Assembly: GCF_021869535.1 (NCBI RefSeq)
Contig: NW_026262701.1
Span: 100,812,001 to 100,876,000 of the forward strand
Length of the DNA: 64,000 nucleotides
From: Mytilus californianus
Taxonomy: Eukaryota
Reading direction: 5' to 3'
Below the pieces are notes generated by a model. It ran no database searches. It was not told the DNA's origin and was given only the letters and a program-made list of their open reading frames with translations. Both the position numbers and the translations under genes were made by a program. The first letter of the stretch is position 1; every line of letters starts with the position of its first letter. Below, one piece after another: positions 1 to 13,418 of this stretch.

Positions 1-27
1 AGCTGCGCCCCAGCAGAGCATTTTATT
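1..27 (+). mobile_element. 3' terminal fragment of a HINE-A element cut by the window edge
   Basis: AGCTGCGCCC...GCATTTTATT matches the 3' ends of the copies ending near 17216, 27783 and 37383. Confidence 0.6.
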
Positions 28-93
28 GGTACTTTAAAAAGCAATCAATATATATTAACATAACAGGGCATTGTAGAAATCCTATTTTGATAG

Positions 94-210
94 GCACAGC
101 CAGTGTTTGAAGAAGAATCTAAGCAGATAAGATGTCTGAATGCAGAAACTTTAACATGTTGTACTTTTAACCAGAGAACTGTTCTAATAGTCTGTTCCAA
201 ATATTGGCAG
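94..210 (+). CDS. WDR7: WDR7 coding exon 1 in window (upstream exons lie outside the window)
   Basis: tag| acceptor, |gtaag donor; AQPVFEEESKQIRCLNAETLTCCTFNQRTVLIVCSKYWQ resembles human WDR7 PIFEEESKPIYC...LLVVCSKYWR as recalled. Confidence 0.92.
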
Positions 211-2664
211 GTAAGATTTTAACTTCTGAATACTGGTTTGTTAATTTGATTTAAGGCAAATTAGTGATGGGACAAAAATTGAAATAATAGGTTGTTCAAG
301 GTAAGATATTTGCTTGTATTTTCTTTGTTTTGTTAACAGATTTATCTTTAAATTCTATTCACTGCTTGTTTAATGATATTAGAGGTTTGAAATTTTTTAA
401 TTTAGGCAGAAAATAGAGTTGTTTGGATTGTTCAGCATGCTTTAATTTATACACATCAGGATTTTAGATAGAATCATAAGAGGCTTAAAATATTTTCTTT
501 CATATAATATTATCACAGATGCTACAAACTGTTTTTGATTATTATCGATTTTTTATCCATTACACTATTTCTAATGATTAACTGCTAATTTTTCATGTAA
601 ATTAAGCCAAACATTGCAGTTTTCTACTTGTATAAGGATATTCTCTCACAAAATGTTCTTATCTATAAAATATGTTTTGCTAACTCACATTTTTATTTCT
701 CTAATATTTCGTAATTAGATAAAAATTTAAACACTTCATTTTTGTTTTTGAATGTTAGAAGTGAATATATTTATTATCCATTTCGTATAAAAAAGATTAA
801 AAAAAAACATTTCATCTTCAATGCTGCTTATTTTAAGCAAAATAATAAAAACAAAAATGTATATGCATGTATCAGATTGTATGTTTTTGGTAAAATGATT
901 TAAAACACTTATTGTATAATGAAACACCTTTATCTTAGGTAGTGTTTGATTAAATAGAAATTTGCATATTTTGATTTAAAGGTGTATGATTTTGATGTGA
1001 AATCATGTTATGACAGAATTAAGGATAAACGTTTATTGGTAAGGCCTGCATGTTAGAACATGAAAATGAAACTTCTGTATTGTTTAGCTGAGTCTGTAAA
1101 GTATATTGTATGTTCAAGATTTGAACAAATACAAGTGACAAAATTAGTATGTCTTCACTTGATATGTAATGACCTCTTTCATTGCTTATCATTTTGTTAG
1201 TCATGATATTTGAAAATACAATTTGTGAAATTGTGTATAAATGTGTTTTTACTGTCAGAAAGCTTTTTCCCATTTCTAATGTTGTTTAGAATGCCAGTAG
1301 CTTTAAAAGCACTTGTTGACCATTCCCATGTTCAAATTCAAGGAAATCTTTGAACCAAAACATGAAAATCTGAAAACCCATTTAAAGCCTGACCACATTT
1401 AAAAAATCTTATATTACCACTATCTTGGATAATTTCAAAGTGGACAGCAATTCACAATGTGTCAAAATGGATATGTTTTATTGCTGCAAAGCTGAAGATA
1501 GGGAGGATTACCCATAATGCCCAAATGTATCTTATTTATTGGACCTATGAGCCCATTGAGCTAATTAAGACATATTTTGATATATCGGGACCTGTTCACA
1601 GAGCTTGTCATTCGATTTATGTGCACATGACTTTCAAAGGTAGAATTTTAATCACAGTTGTTTATCGCTGTTATCATTAAAAGACTAAAATTTTGTTTAA
1701 AAACATGTGATTGTTTATAAAAAAGAGTTTTACTAGATTGCTTAACTGCTAAAATTCAATTAAATTACCTCCCCTGAATTTGACATTTTGCACAAGTTAT
1801 CTCCCTTACCTAACGACTAATTCCTCAATTTATATGTAAGTCTTTAGTTCTAGTGTGTTTTGTAAAATATATCTTTCAAAAATGAATAAATTGTTGTCAA
1901 CAACACACAATCCTGACTGAATTTAATCAACCTATACAAAACTGATGTCCTTATAAATAGGCAATTGGCTCGAAATTTTAATGTCCCTACTCTTGCCCAC
2001 ACATAGATTTTATAAGTGCTCTGCGAAACAGTACTCTGTTGCTTAATATTGAAAAAAAAAGTATATTTGCTTACATGAAATTGATATTTGACATCATTTA
2101 GTAGAAATATAATTGATGCAGAAGTTTCAAATTAATAATGCCCTGAATATTATAATCACTGTACTCAATATCAGTTGTTGTTAGCTTTTTCAGCACAATA
2201 TTTCAAAGTCAGAACAAAGTAGATTTGCTATTTTGAATGTCTGTATCAGGATCAGTTTTATTAAGACATTCTGTTTACCAGTAGATTTTTATGTTCATTT
2301 CATATTTGATTGTTTGCATATATGATTTGGTAGTAGATATGTAGCTTAATATGCATAAATTATATACGATGGGAATTGGTGTTAGAAAAAATGTCAATTC
2401 ACATGTATTAAATTAGAAGACACACACACACAAAACCAGTCAATTCAATATATAATAATTTAATGAATCAATTACTTTATTTAAAAACATAAAATACCTA
2501 TTGCAGCGAACTTCAAGGTTATTTACAAAAGTAGAAGACAAAGCTTAGCATATTGATCGAAAGAAAGACGTAGGATTGTTGTTGTCTTATAACTAACTTG
2601 CTGGACGTACAAGCTCTTAAAGTATCATGGTATCTTGATTGGCTATAAGCAACTATAGTTTTTA

Positions 2665-2842
2665 GGTTTTTTTGTGGGATACCAAAATTTGTTGATTTCC
2701 TGGGTTAAGGTCAACCACAAATTTGAATTTTCAAAGAAATACAAATTTTCTATAGGTTTGTATGCAGACTTTGGCAATAGCACGAAATCAAATATTCACC
2801 AAAATACAATTTTTCTCTCATCAACGAAAATAAATAAATCTT
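2665..2842. mobile_element. Degenerate copy of the TACTGTGGATT MITE family
   Basis: Internal sequence (aaattttctatagg.ttgtatgcagactttg) shared with 3892-4094; termini eroded. Confidence 0.55.
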
Positions 2843-3338
2843 ATATGGTACCGAACCTCTAGTTTGTATAACAGCTGATACTTCTGAGACAAAAATCATA
2901 CTAGCACACCCTCAGTATTAAGTGAATAGGAATTAATGTGATATATTGAGTCGTTATTCAACCAATCAAAGAATCTAGAATTCTTGTACTGGTAATGAGT
3001 AATAATTTTTTTTCAAGGCATTTCATAAATGTGTTGGATCAAAAGTTTTAATTTTAGGTGTAGGAATTTGTCTTTCAATAAATGCAAACGACAGTGTGGT
3101 GACTCTATATGTATACATTTTATGAATTTATATTGTTGGATAGCTTTCTCATTTAGGTTGGCTTAAAGTCTCATAAATAACTAATGATGATAAACAAAAG
3201 TTAATGTTGTATACATTGAATTTAATACAATATAAATCAGTTTTATAAAAGATATAACTAATATGTTTAATTAGTGATAAAAAACTGAGATCTATTTATT
3301 TTTATGATTTAAGTTTCCTGTCATTCCTACCATTACAG

Positions 3339-3484
3339 ATATATGATGCTGGAGATTTTACTTTGTTGTGTTCTGAGTCTAATCGTTGTGGTGAACGCTG
3401 GTCTGGCGGTGATTTCATAAGTGTAGATAAAGTATTGGTATGGAGTAGTGATGGTAAAGGCTACCTATATAAATTACCTACAAA
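3339..3484 (+). CDS. WDR7: WDR7 coding exon 2
   Basis: cag|...|gtaagt; IYDAGDFTLLCS...WSGGDFISVDKVLVWSSDGKGYLYKLPT; phase 0 to 2. Confidence 0.93.
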
Positions 3485-3891
3485 GTAAGTTCATAAACAT
3501 TGATGAAGAAACTTGATTATACAAGATTTTTTACTAGTAATCAGTTTGTCAGAGTAACCTTCCCTTTCACAAATTTCACATCATGCATATTCATATCCAA
3601 AGCAGTCTAGATAAGTTTTCACGTTGGGATTAGCTCATAATTGTAACATTACATATTTATTATATCTAATAGATATGAATTTCAGTATGTAAAGTGATAT
3701 ATGTCTAGCCTGATAAAAAAATCACGAACAGATTACATGGTCTTATCATCTTTATAAATAAGTAGATAAATAAAATTTTCTTTATTCTTACTCATTGCAG
3801 TTCACATCGCAAAGAATGGAGTTAGCTGATTTTTTAAATTTGCATATTTGTAAACTGTTATTTGAGTACTTTTCAGGCTTGACAGATGTTT

Positions 3892-4094
3892 TACTGTGGA
3901 TTAAATATTTTTTGTGGGATAACAATTTTCGTGAATAAGGGGAAAACCACAAAATTAAATGTCTAACGAATACAAATTTTCTATAGGCTTGTATGCAGAC
4001 TTTGCCAATCACATGGAATCAAATATCAAAGAATATGTAATTTTTCCTCAATCCACAAAAATAAGTATCCACGGAATTGAATGAATCCACAGTA
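3892..4094. mobile_element. MITE, Tc1/mariner-like (TA-flanked)
   Basis: Perfect terminal inverted repeat TACTGTGGATT...AATCCACAGTA; about 200 bp, non-coding; related copies elsewhere in the window. Confidence 0.8.
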
Positions 4095-4775
4095 TCATAA
4101 TTTCAACTTACGAGCAATGATGCTAAAGCTGTTGCATTAATTTAAATGTGCTGTTATTTAAGTTATCCATTTGCTCATAAGTTTTCATTGAGCATCCAAT
4201 ATATTTATAGAAATTTGTAATTTTAGTCAAACTTTTCAATAGTTATATTATATCATATTACATTCTAGTTTACTGAAAGGAAAAGTTTTCACCAGGTAAT
4301 ATGTCAAGTCTGAAAATATTCTGTTTGTAGCAAACTTGTTCATGGCAAACATTCCATAGGAAAAAAGTTTATATTTTTTTATTTAATCTAATGGTGCAGT
4401 AAAAATGTTTTTAGTATTGTTTACTCTCAGAAAGGCATTTGACTAATACAGATTCAATAAAAGAATTATTTTCCTGGTTTGTCTTTCCCAGAAGGAGTTA
4501 CTATTTGACAAATTGGTTAGAATGAAGTGTATTAAAATACACAGCTTTAAAACTTTAGATAAATTTCAAATTGATTGATTATTTCCAAAAATATGGTTTA
4601 ACACATGTATGATTTCAGTTTTATTTTGTGGCCAGAAATTGACATGTTTTAGTATTTGATTGTTTGCTGTGAATGAGATTGATTCAGAGAAAATCTCCAG
4701 TTGAGCATGGTTTTCAGGCTTGATGTTTCATGATTGCTTTTAATGTCTGTCACATTTATTTCAGTGAACCTTTCA

Positions 4776-4960
4776 TTTAAACACCACACCTAGGATAGTA
4801 GTAGGGCATTATTTTTTCTGGTCTATGCGTCTGTCTGTTAATCTGTTAATCTGTCCATTCATCCATCCTGCACCAGGTTTAAGTTTTAGTTTAAGGTAGA
4901 TTAAAGTTTGGGTTTAATGTAGATTATCATGAAGTTGTGATCACATTAGCTTGAAAAAAA
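4776..4960 (+). mobile_element. Degraded HINE-D fragment
   Basis: cacctaggatagtagtagggcattatt head and (GTCY)n-like tract resemble 23177-23466. Confidence 0.45.
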
Positions 4961-7900
4961 TTAGTGCAAATGTTTATTATGATGTGACCTTTTTAAAAAT
5001 ATTTTCCAAATAAGGATTTTGATAAAGATTTTGTGGATCTCTGAAGGCAGAATTGTGATAGTGTGAGGTGGCATGGTGTCCTATTGAAAAATATTCTTGT
5101 TTTGAGATGTTAATTTTATAATTAACCAATTATGATTAAAATGATAGAATTTCTTTTTCCTTCAAGAGTTTTAAAGTCATATTTTACTAAGATTATTTAA
5201 GAATTTCTGTCTCATCATTTAGAAACCTTTGAGATTTGCTCTTTTAATGATAAAATTATTTTAAACAACTAAAAGGATGAAAAAAATAGTTTGTTGATGC
5301 TGCTTATAGTAGAGCTTGGCGCCCAGTTTGAGTATTAACTGCTGTATGTGGTGAAACAATTTTGTGAAATTCTCACTGTATTTGGTTTTGCACTGACATG
5401 AACATGTAGATGTTTATTACATAATTCATTTATGTTTCTTTAATATTCGTATTTTGTTCAATCTAATTATTATTAACTGTTATTTTGATTCCAATTTTGT
5501 TTTTTGTAATGTTTTGAAAAATATATATTTATGTTAAAGATAGAATATTTCAGACCAAAGGAACATTTCATGTCAGAGGATATTTCAGCATAAGGGAATA
5601 TTTCATGCTCACGTAAAATGTATTTATTTTATATCAGATTCAGTGTCCAATCCTGAATTTAACATATCAAAACTAATGTAATCATCCCCTTTTGATTTTC
5701 TTAAAGATTGTTTCAGACTAGCCAGCCTGTCCTTTACCTGATTTTAACAGACATAATGGTTGGGTAATTTGTTGTTTCAGAAACCAATTCATTTTGGGTA
5801 ATATTTTCAAAACTGTACATTGTACAATGCATGAAATATTTGCCACTGGATGTTAAGCAATCAATAAATCAAAACTGTATGCCAAAACATTGCGATTGAT
5901 TATAAACATCCTAAACAATCGAAATTAAATCATTGACATGACTCTATTTTCAATTTTATAGTCCTTTAGATTTTGAAAATTGGCGCATTGCCTAACATCT
6001 TCCTCCTTCATGACTATCAATTTCCTTAAAAAAACACACTTTGTCTCAATTTCACTGTATGATGTGTTGTCATCATAGATTTTTATTAAATAACATCAGT
6101 TCCCAAAAAATAATGTATGTGCTAATGTTTCTGTCTAGATTCCAACACAAAACATAGCCACTAATTTCCAAACCTTTCGTTATTTAATTTGAATAGTAAT
6201 GATAAACTCTCTGAAGGCTTGTTTATTATTATATTGAAATTGAATAACTCAAGTTGATATCAAGCAATATCCAATTCTTACTTGTTATGAAACCTATAAA
6301 TATTCCAGAGTATAGAATTTATTGGGCATTATCATTCATTTATTGCTACACATGCACAAATCACAAAATTCCTGTGCACATTTAAGCCTAGATAGGATAA
6401 CGTAACCCTATATTTGCAACAACATAACCCTGTGTTCACGACTCTGCTGTCAGGCCCCAGTTTTTCCTATCTTGGAATTGTTACTTTGAAGAAAAAAATA
6501 ATCTGATATTGAAATCAAAGTCATTTCATTTCCTGCTACTCTTTTCTTTAAACTTCTTTCTATCTTGGGAATATAATTTATAACATGAAAACTTTAAGCA
6601 GGAGATATTTTGTAAGCCATTTATATATTGTTATTACAGCCTTTTGTCTAAGTCAGTAGAGTGAGTACCCTCCCCTTTATTCTGATTCTATGCTTCAGCC
6701 TTATTTTGTCACTATGAAATCTTACTTCATTGCAATGCATTATATATTGTTTTTCCTATAAATTAATTATGAACACTTAATTAATTTGGTGCATGCAACA
6801 CGCTTTCTGGAATAACCTTCATCAGGAACGCTCCAATCCAAAAATTTGAAAGACAAGGATGTATAAATATTATAAAAAGAGCATGATCTTGATAAAAAAC
6901 ATTTACAATTTAATCTATACCTTGGGGTTTTACTTTCAACGTGCCTGATAAGGATTTTGGTAAGGTAAGTTCAATATTTCTACCTTAAAATTAAAGTAAT
7001 ATTCATTCAAAAAATTATGGACAGTGGAGCATTTTCCGTGTAGAAGGACTTGATTAGTCAACTTAAAAATTTACCTCAAAGGGGCAATTTTTCATGAACT
7101 AGTTTCCGTGCAATGAGATAAGATTTTTGTTTATCATATATTGCAGCAATAGATCAAATGACTCACATCTTCATAACTCATCAGAAATTTCAATCAGCAA
7201 ATTACAGCATCTTCATTTCTTCTACATGACTTTGCTAGTTAAAACTTTAATTTCTGATATATTCTGTATATTTTCTATGTTTAATGAATGAAGCATAGAA
7301 AACATCCGTGTATTCAATCTTTAAAAAAGTTTGTCATCAATGTAGATATAAACATTGAAAAGAACTTAAGGATAACAAACTTGCAAATCAGTAAATGTGT
7401 TTAAACCTTTTAAAAATTACATGTTTATTTTGCTGCTTGAAATTAACAAATCATAATCCATGTATCATCTTTTGACCTGTTTATTCATAATATAATAATA
7501 TTTGTTTTTCAGATTGTTTTACTTATTGGTTCGAGGTTTTTTTTTAATTATTTATTCCGTTATCCAAACTTAATGTTGCCCATCATTATCTATATGAGAA
7601 TGGTATGGCCTTCTTGTCAGAATTCCAAAATATACTCGATATATAATATGTTACTCAGTATTCAGTTGTTCTGTTAATGGTTGCACAGTTTCCCCATATT
7701 TTTGGCAATTCGGAGCTCGAAAATTTTTATAACAGAAACTTGACTTTCGTTGAAGACCATACGTCGACATCTACATGTCTTTTGGTTTTTGTTGTTGTTT
7801 AGTTGCTGTCTAATTGAAGTATGCCCTGCATCTTCTGTTATTGATATTAATTTTGGACTTCTTAGTTATCAAAATATGTGTAAATCTTCTAAATTTCTTT

Positions 7901-8403
7901 TTTAAGCAATAAGATTTTGTAAGATTTAACTTTTATATGTATTGCTAGGTCAGCTTTAACACTGCATCAAATATTTGTACTGTAGGTATTAAGCTTATCT
8001 TTGCTTTGTATATGCAAGAAATTATTATGGAATTTTAATAGTCCTTGTAACTTATATCTTTCACCTCTCTCAGCCAAAATTCAGTAAAGTTATTACTAAT
8101 AGTTCAACATCAGTAATGCATTTAGTAACATATTATTGGATACATTTGTGATGTTTTTGTGTGCTTTTAAAAATGAAAAGTCCATATTTCAAATTTTAAG
8201 TTGTTTTGAAATTAGCAATTGAACTTATTTGTTATTGTTATGTAATATATGAAAACTGCTGCATGAGTTACTTTGTAACAAGTTATTTATATTTAAGAAA
8301 GGAGTTTTTGCAATGTATAATGATAATCCCCTCAAGTACATGAGTGCAGAAAAAATCCATTGTTTTGCTACTATACTAGTTAAACAAATTACATTTGTTT
8401 CAG

Positions 8404-8494
8404 TGCTGATTCTGAGAGCCAGGATTACCATAAACACAGCTACCAGCCATCATCACCACATGCTTACTACATCTTAGATATTTACTCTGATAGT
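8404..8494 (+). CDS. WDR7: WDR7 coding exon 3
   Basis: tttcag|...|gtaagt; (N)ADSESQDYHKHSYQPSSPHAYYILDIYSDS; 91 nt bridges phase 2 to 0 exactly; sequence weakly conserved. Confidence 0.8.
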
Positions 8495-8511
8495 GTAAGT
8501 TTGAAATAGTG

Positions 8512-8960
8512 AAAACTTCGGAATATAACTGTATTCAAAGTCCAGAAGAATCTAGAAATTGAGTCCGGAACTTCTCCTGAAGATGTGTTCAAAGACTAGA
8601 ATAGACTTAAGTCCAAGCTTTGAACTTTTTCTGAAAGGTGTGGTCAATGTCTAGAATAAACTTCCAGTTTAGGTTAAGCCTTGAACTTTTCCTGAAGGTT
8701 GAATCAAAGCTTAAAATAGACAATTGGTCAATACCTGAATTTGCCGAATGGTGTGTTCAAAGATTTAAATAGGCAATAGGTTTAGCCTTAAACTTTTGCT
8801 GAAGGTTGTGTTCTGAATGTAAAATAGGCTTAAGTCATCTTGGAATTTTTTTGAATGGTATGTTTAATGTTTAGAATTGGCAATAGATCAAGTTTAGAAC
8901 AAAGTCTAACATAGGCTTTATATATAGGTAAAGCCCTGAACTTTCCTAAATGATGTGGTT
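8512..8960. repeat. Old degenerate tandem repeat, about 55-60 bp unit
   Basis: Recurrent GAACTTTTCCTGAAGGTGTGTTCAAAG..TAGAATAG motif, about 8 decayed copies. Confidence 0.5.
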
Positions 8961-9221
8961 TACCAAAAGTATGTTGTATACATTATTTGGGCAATATTTT
9001 AGACTTTATTTTATTGAAATACAGATATTAATAGCATTAATACTTCATGAGATACAATAAAAATTTGTGAAACGGATCTATAAATGTATAGAATGTACGT
9101 AAAAAAGGCTAAAATATGTTTTTTTTTCACTTTGAATTGTCATTTTTCAAAATTCCAAATAACAAATGACTATACCAATATTTTGTATATATCTGTATGA
9201 ATACACATCATTTACTTTCAG

Positions 9222-9393
9222 TCACCTGCATGTTCGCCTGCCATGACCTTTAACAAAGGTCAAGGAGATAAGGCTTCACCCCCATTACTGATTAGAGGTG
9301 ACTCTGAAGGTCAGGTTACAATGTGGACTCTTCCTACAGTATCAGAGAGGCAGATGACCCTAGTCAGACAGGAGAGTTTTGATAGATTGCCAG
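9222..9393 (+). CDS. WDR7: WDR7 coding exon 4
   Basis: tttcag|...|gtac; SPACSPAMTF...LLIRGDSEGQVTMWTLP...FDRLP; phase 0 to 1. Confidence 0.9.
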
Positions 9394-9530
9394 GTACAAA
9401 TCATCACTGAATAAAAATTTTACATTTTTAAGTAGAATTCTTTGTGTTTGTTTCTTAAAGAAATAACAGTTTGCCTGTGCACATTATCAGAGTTTTTAAG
9501 ACCGTATTTAAAAAAAAGGTCACTTTCAGT

Positions 9531-9729
9531 TACTGTAAATTCAGAAATTATTGCAAAGTTTTTATTATTGCGAAAAATGTGACTGTGTGACTATCACAAT
9601 AAAAGAACCTGCATTCAGTCATTTGTTACATATATCTGTATGCAGATTTTCCTGATATCGCAATAATTAATCTCACATTTTTGTCCTTTCTTGAATAAAT
9701 GCACGCAATAATTTTCTGAATTTACAATA
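9531..9729. mobile_element. MITE (TACTGTAAATT family)
   Basis: Near-perfect TIR TACTGTAAATTCAGAAATTATTGC...GCAATAATTTTCTGAATTTACAATA; second copy at 42654-42863. Confidence 0.78.
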
Positions 9730-9894
9730 TTCAAAAAATGATGTTTTACTCACTCTTGATTCAAATTGTTTTTTTAAGCCTTTCCTTCAAATAAAATTAG
9801 TCTGTGCATGAATCTTTATAGCACAAAGCTCTCTATCTTCAATATTTGCCAATGTATAGAATGATATTTCTTCAATTTACTATTATTTTTTTAG

Positions 9895-9977
9895 CTTTAC
9901 CACCTAAGTGTAGTAAGAGTTTGAAAGATGTATGGAAGAGTTTATATGAAACACCTCCTGGAATTATTGATGGCTTT
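9895..9977 (+). CDS. WDR7: WDR7 coding exon 5
   Basis: ttttag|...|gtaagt; ALPPKCSKSLKDVWKSLYETPPGIIDGF (cf. PAGIIDQL); phase 1 to 0. Confidence 0.88.
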
Positions 9978-10826
9978 GTAAGTAATCAATTTAAGGATGA
10001 TGGTATGTATTTATGAAATGATTTAACAAAGTATTACATACACACTCACAGGTTCTCAGAATTGTTACATTACTGCTTAATGTCTTCGAACAAACTGTTT
10101 ACTGTTTTTAAAATATTGCAGTATAAACTAAAGAAAATAACTATACATTTTCTATGATATTAAGTTCATTTGTACTTCGAGCAAAACAGGATAGCAATAC
10201 TTGTATTGTACCTGTTTCTTAACCTCATTCAAATATGATTCATATTCAGAAACATTATGTATTGGTATTAAATATATATATGCAAAGTCATTATGGGCAT
10301 TAGTAAAGTCTATATGGAAAAAGAAATGTTTTGAGCTTTTTTCAAGATTTGTTTATCTATTTTCCGATCACAAATAAATTCCATTTTCTTCATGCTATAA
10401 GTAATATCTATCACAAATTCCAAATTTTGGATTGATAAGAAATTGGCTTCCTTAATAGATTGATAACCTTTCTTCTTGTTCTTCATAGGGAGGCCCAGAG
10501 TAATCAGATTATTTGTCAATTCATCTGTTATAAATCATGTCCACTGTACTGAGTACTGCATTGAGTTTATTGATAATACTATATTGAATTTGGTTACCAC
10601 AATATAGGGTTGATTCAAAACTGGAATCTAGATTAAAGGTCAAGATTACAAGCAAAGTTTTACATGGCAAACCCTAGGAGGTTCAAGTGTATTAATTGTT
10701 TCTAAGACAAAGCATGAAATACTTATATCCACATTTGCATTGGCATATATATGCCATCAGTACAATGAAGAATCGTGATAGGTTGTTTGTATTTGTTATA
10801 AATATAACTTGCAATAATGTTTGCAG

Positions 10827-10986
10827 CATGACCATAAAGACAAGCCAATAAAGATAACTGCCACAATCTATGTTCCGTCTCAAGGTAAAGTGGCATGTGG
10901 TAGAAGTAATGGTTCTATAGTGATAGCTGTAGCCACACAAAGTATTATACTGCAGCTGTTGGAGGATAAAACATTAGAACATAAAG
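10827..10986 (+). CDS. WDR7: WDR7 coding exon 6
   Basis: tgcag|...AAG|gtgagt; KPIKITATIYVPSQGKVACGRSNGSIVIAVATQSIILQLL; phase 0 to 1. Confidence 0.92.
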
Positions 10987-12452
10987 GTGAGTCAACATAA
11001 AACATTGACACATAAAGGTGAGTCAACGTAAAACATTGGAACATAAAGGTGAGTCAACATTAAACATTGGAACATAAAACTGAGTCAACATTAAACATTG
11101 GAACATAAAGGTGAGTCAACATAAAACATTGGAACATAAAGGTGAGTCAACGTAAAACATTGGAACATAAAGGTGAGTCAACATAAAACATTGGAACATA
11201 AAGGTGAGTCAACGTAAAACATTGGAACATAAAGGTGAGTCAACGTAAAACATTGGAACATAAAGGTGAGTCAACATAAAACATTGGAACATAAAGGTGA
11301 GTCAACATAAAACATTGGAACATAAAGGTGAGTCAACATAAAACATTGGAACATAAAGGTGAGTCAACGTAAAACATTGGAACATAAAGGTGAGGTCAAC
11401 GTAAAACATTAGAACATAAAGGTGAGTCAACATAAAACATTGGAATATAAAGGTGAGTCAACATAAAACATTGGAATATAAAGGTGAGTCAACATAAAAC
11501 ATTGGAACATAAAGGAAAGTCAACATAAAACATTGGAACATATCGGTGAGGTCAACGTAAAACATTGGAACATAAAGGTGAGTTAACGTAAAACATTGGA
11601 ACATAAAGGTGAGTCAATGTAAAAGCTGGAACATAAAGGTGAGTCAACGTAAAACATTGGAACATATCGGTGAGGTCAACATAAAACATTGGAACATAAA
11701 GGTGAGGTCAACGTAAAACATTGGAACATAAAGGTGAGTAAACATCAAACATTGGAACATAAAGGTGAGTCAACATAAAACATTAGAACATAAAGGTGAG
11801 TCAATGTAAAACATTAGAACATAAAGGTGAGTCAACGTAAAACATTGGAACATAAAGGTGAGTCAACATAAAACATTGGAACATAAAGGTGAGTCAACAT
11901 AAAACATTAGTACATAAAGGTGAGTCAACGTAAAACATTTGAACATAAAGGTGAGTCAACATAAAACATTAGAACATAAAGGTGAGTCAATGTAAAACAT
12001 TAGTACATAAAGGTGATTCAACATAAAACATTAGAACATTAAGGTGAGTCAACATAAAACATTGGAACATAAAGGCGAGTCAATGTAAAATATTGGAACA
12101 TAAAGGTGAGTCAACGTAAAACATTAGAACATAAAGGTGAGTCAACATAAAACATTGGAACATAAAGGCGAGTCAATGTAAAACATTGGAACATAAAGGT
12201 GAGGTCAACGTAAAACATTAGAACATAAAGGTGAGTCAACATAAAACATTAGAACATAAAGGTGAGTCAACGTAAAACATTAGAACATAAAGATGAGTCA
12301 ACATAAAACATTAGAACATAAAGGTGAGTCAACATAAAACATTGGAACATAAAGGTGAGTCAATGTAAAATATTAGTACATAAAGGTGAGTCAACATAAA
12401 ACATTGGAATATACAGGTGAGTCATCATAAAGCGTTGGAACATAAAGGTGAA
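10966..12452 (+). repeat. 31-bp minisatellite, about 47-48 copies, each spanning the exon 6 splice donor
   Basis: Unit ATAAAACATTGGAACATAAAG|GTGAGTCAAC; first unit starts inside exon 6; first GT at 10987, second at 11018, last at 12448. Confidence 0.97.
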
Positions 12453-12850
12453 TTACCCAGCCTTCCACAATGAGTTAAATCCATGCATTATTGTAAGCTT
12501 TATTGATTAAATGATGGTATCATGTACAAGTTGATTTATTAGTCCTTCTGAGTTCCAAATAAATTAAAATTGACTATATATATACAATTTAAGGAATGGT
12601 TTCTGGTTGAATTGCAGTGCCATGTATACAGTAAAATAAAAGGAAAAAAAAATTCAAAGAAATAGCCCTTTTGTTGGTGTTTTTCATCTTATCAGTATCT
12701 TATATTTAAAATTACCAAAAGAAATAAAGATTTGAAGGCTTTTTTTCCTAAACCAGAAATTATGAGTGATTATATTTCTATGTCCATAATAGTAATTTTA
12801 TACAAGTTTGTTTTCATATAGATGAAAGTGCATTGATTGCATTTTTGTAG

Positions 12851-13068
12851 ATGTTCCACTTAAAGTACTAGACGGCCATGATGGTACAGTGACAACTCTG
12901 TTATATCCATTCAATGAAAACACTCGGTATGAACCCCAGCACCTGTTATCTGGTGGATCAGACTTCTCTGTCATTCTTTGGGACATGTTTGTGGGAACCA
13001 GACTTCACACATTTACTGTTCATGGCGGGGAGATTACACAGTTACTGGTTCCACCAATGAACTGCAAT
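12851..13068 (+). CDS. WDR7: WDR7 coding exon 7
   Basis: tgtag|...|gtaagt; LDGHDGTVTTLLYP...LLSGGSDFSVILWDMF...VHGGEITQLLVPPMNCN (WD40). Confidence 0.95.
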
Positions 13069-13418
13069 GTAAGTTATGTTACTGGACAGGAAGTAGTCAA
13101 CTGGAAAAGAGAAAGAACTTGACATTTGATAGTAGAATCAGAACTAATCTGATATAGTTTATCCAGTCTGTATTTTTCTGAAGAGTGATACTTGCCTGTT
13201 ATTGGCTAAAAAACTTATTTTTTTTAGTGAAAATTCTTTGTCGTCCAGGATGTACTGTTCAAAGATAGTCAAATAGAGCCATAGCTTTACAGTCTGGTCT
13301 GGTCTGGTCTATTTATGATCATTTAGTCTGTTATGAAGCAGATTCTTTAAATCATTTAACAATCATTAATTAAGGCCACACCATTTTGATATAAAACAAT
13401 GGACTCATGTAATGAAAC

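Noticed and set aside
6825-6970. Possible extra exon ending at the strong donor AAG|GTAAGT (6964/6965)
   Set aside because: Both frames I tested contain stops (TGA near 6884, TAA at 6911), and exon 2 joins exon 3 in phase without it.
10966-12452. 31-bp array as a CRISPR array or as recursive splice sites
   Set aside because: No unique spacers and a eukaryotic intron context; the AG before each GT has an A-rich upstream region with no polypyrimidine tract.
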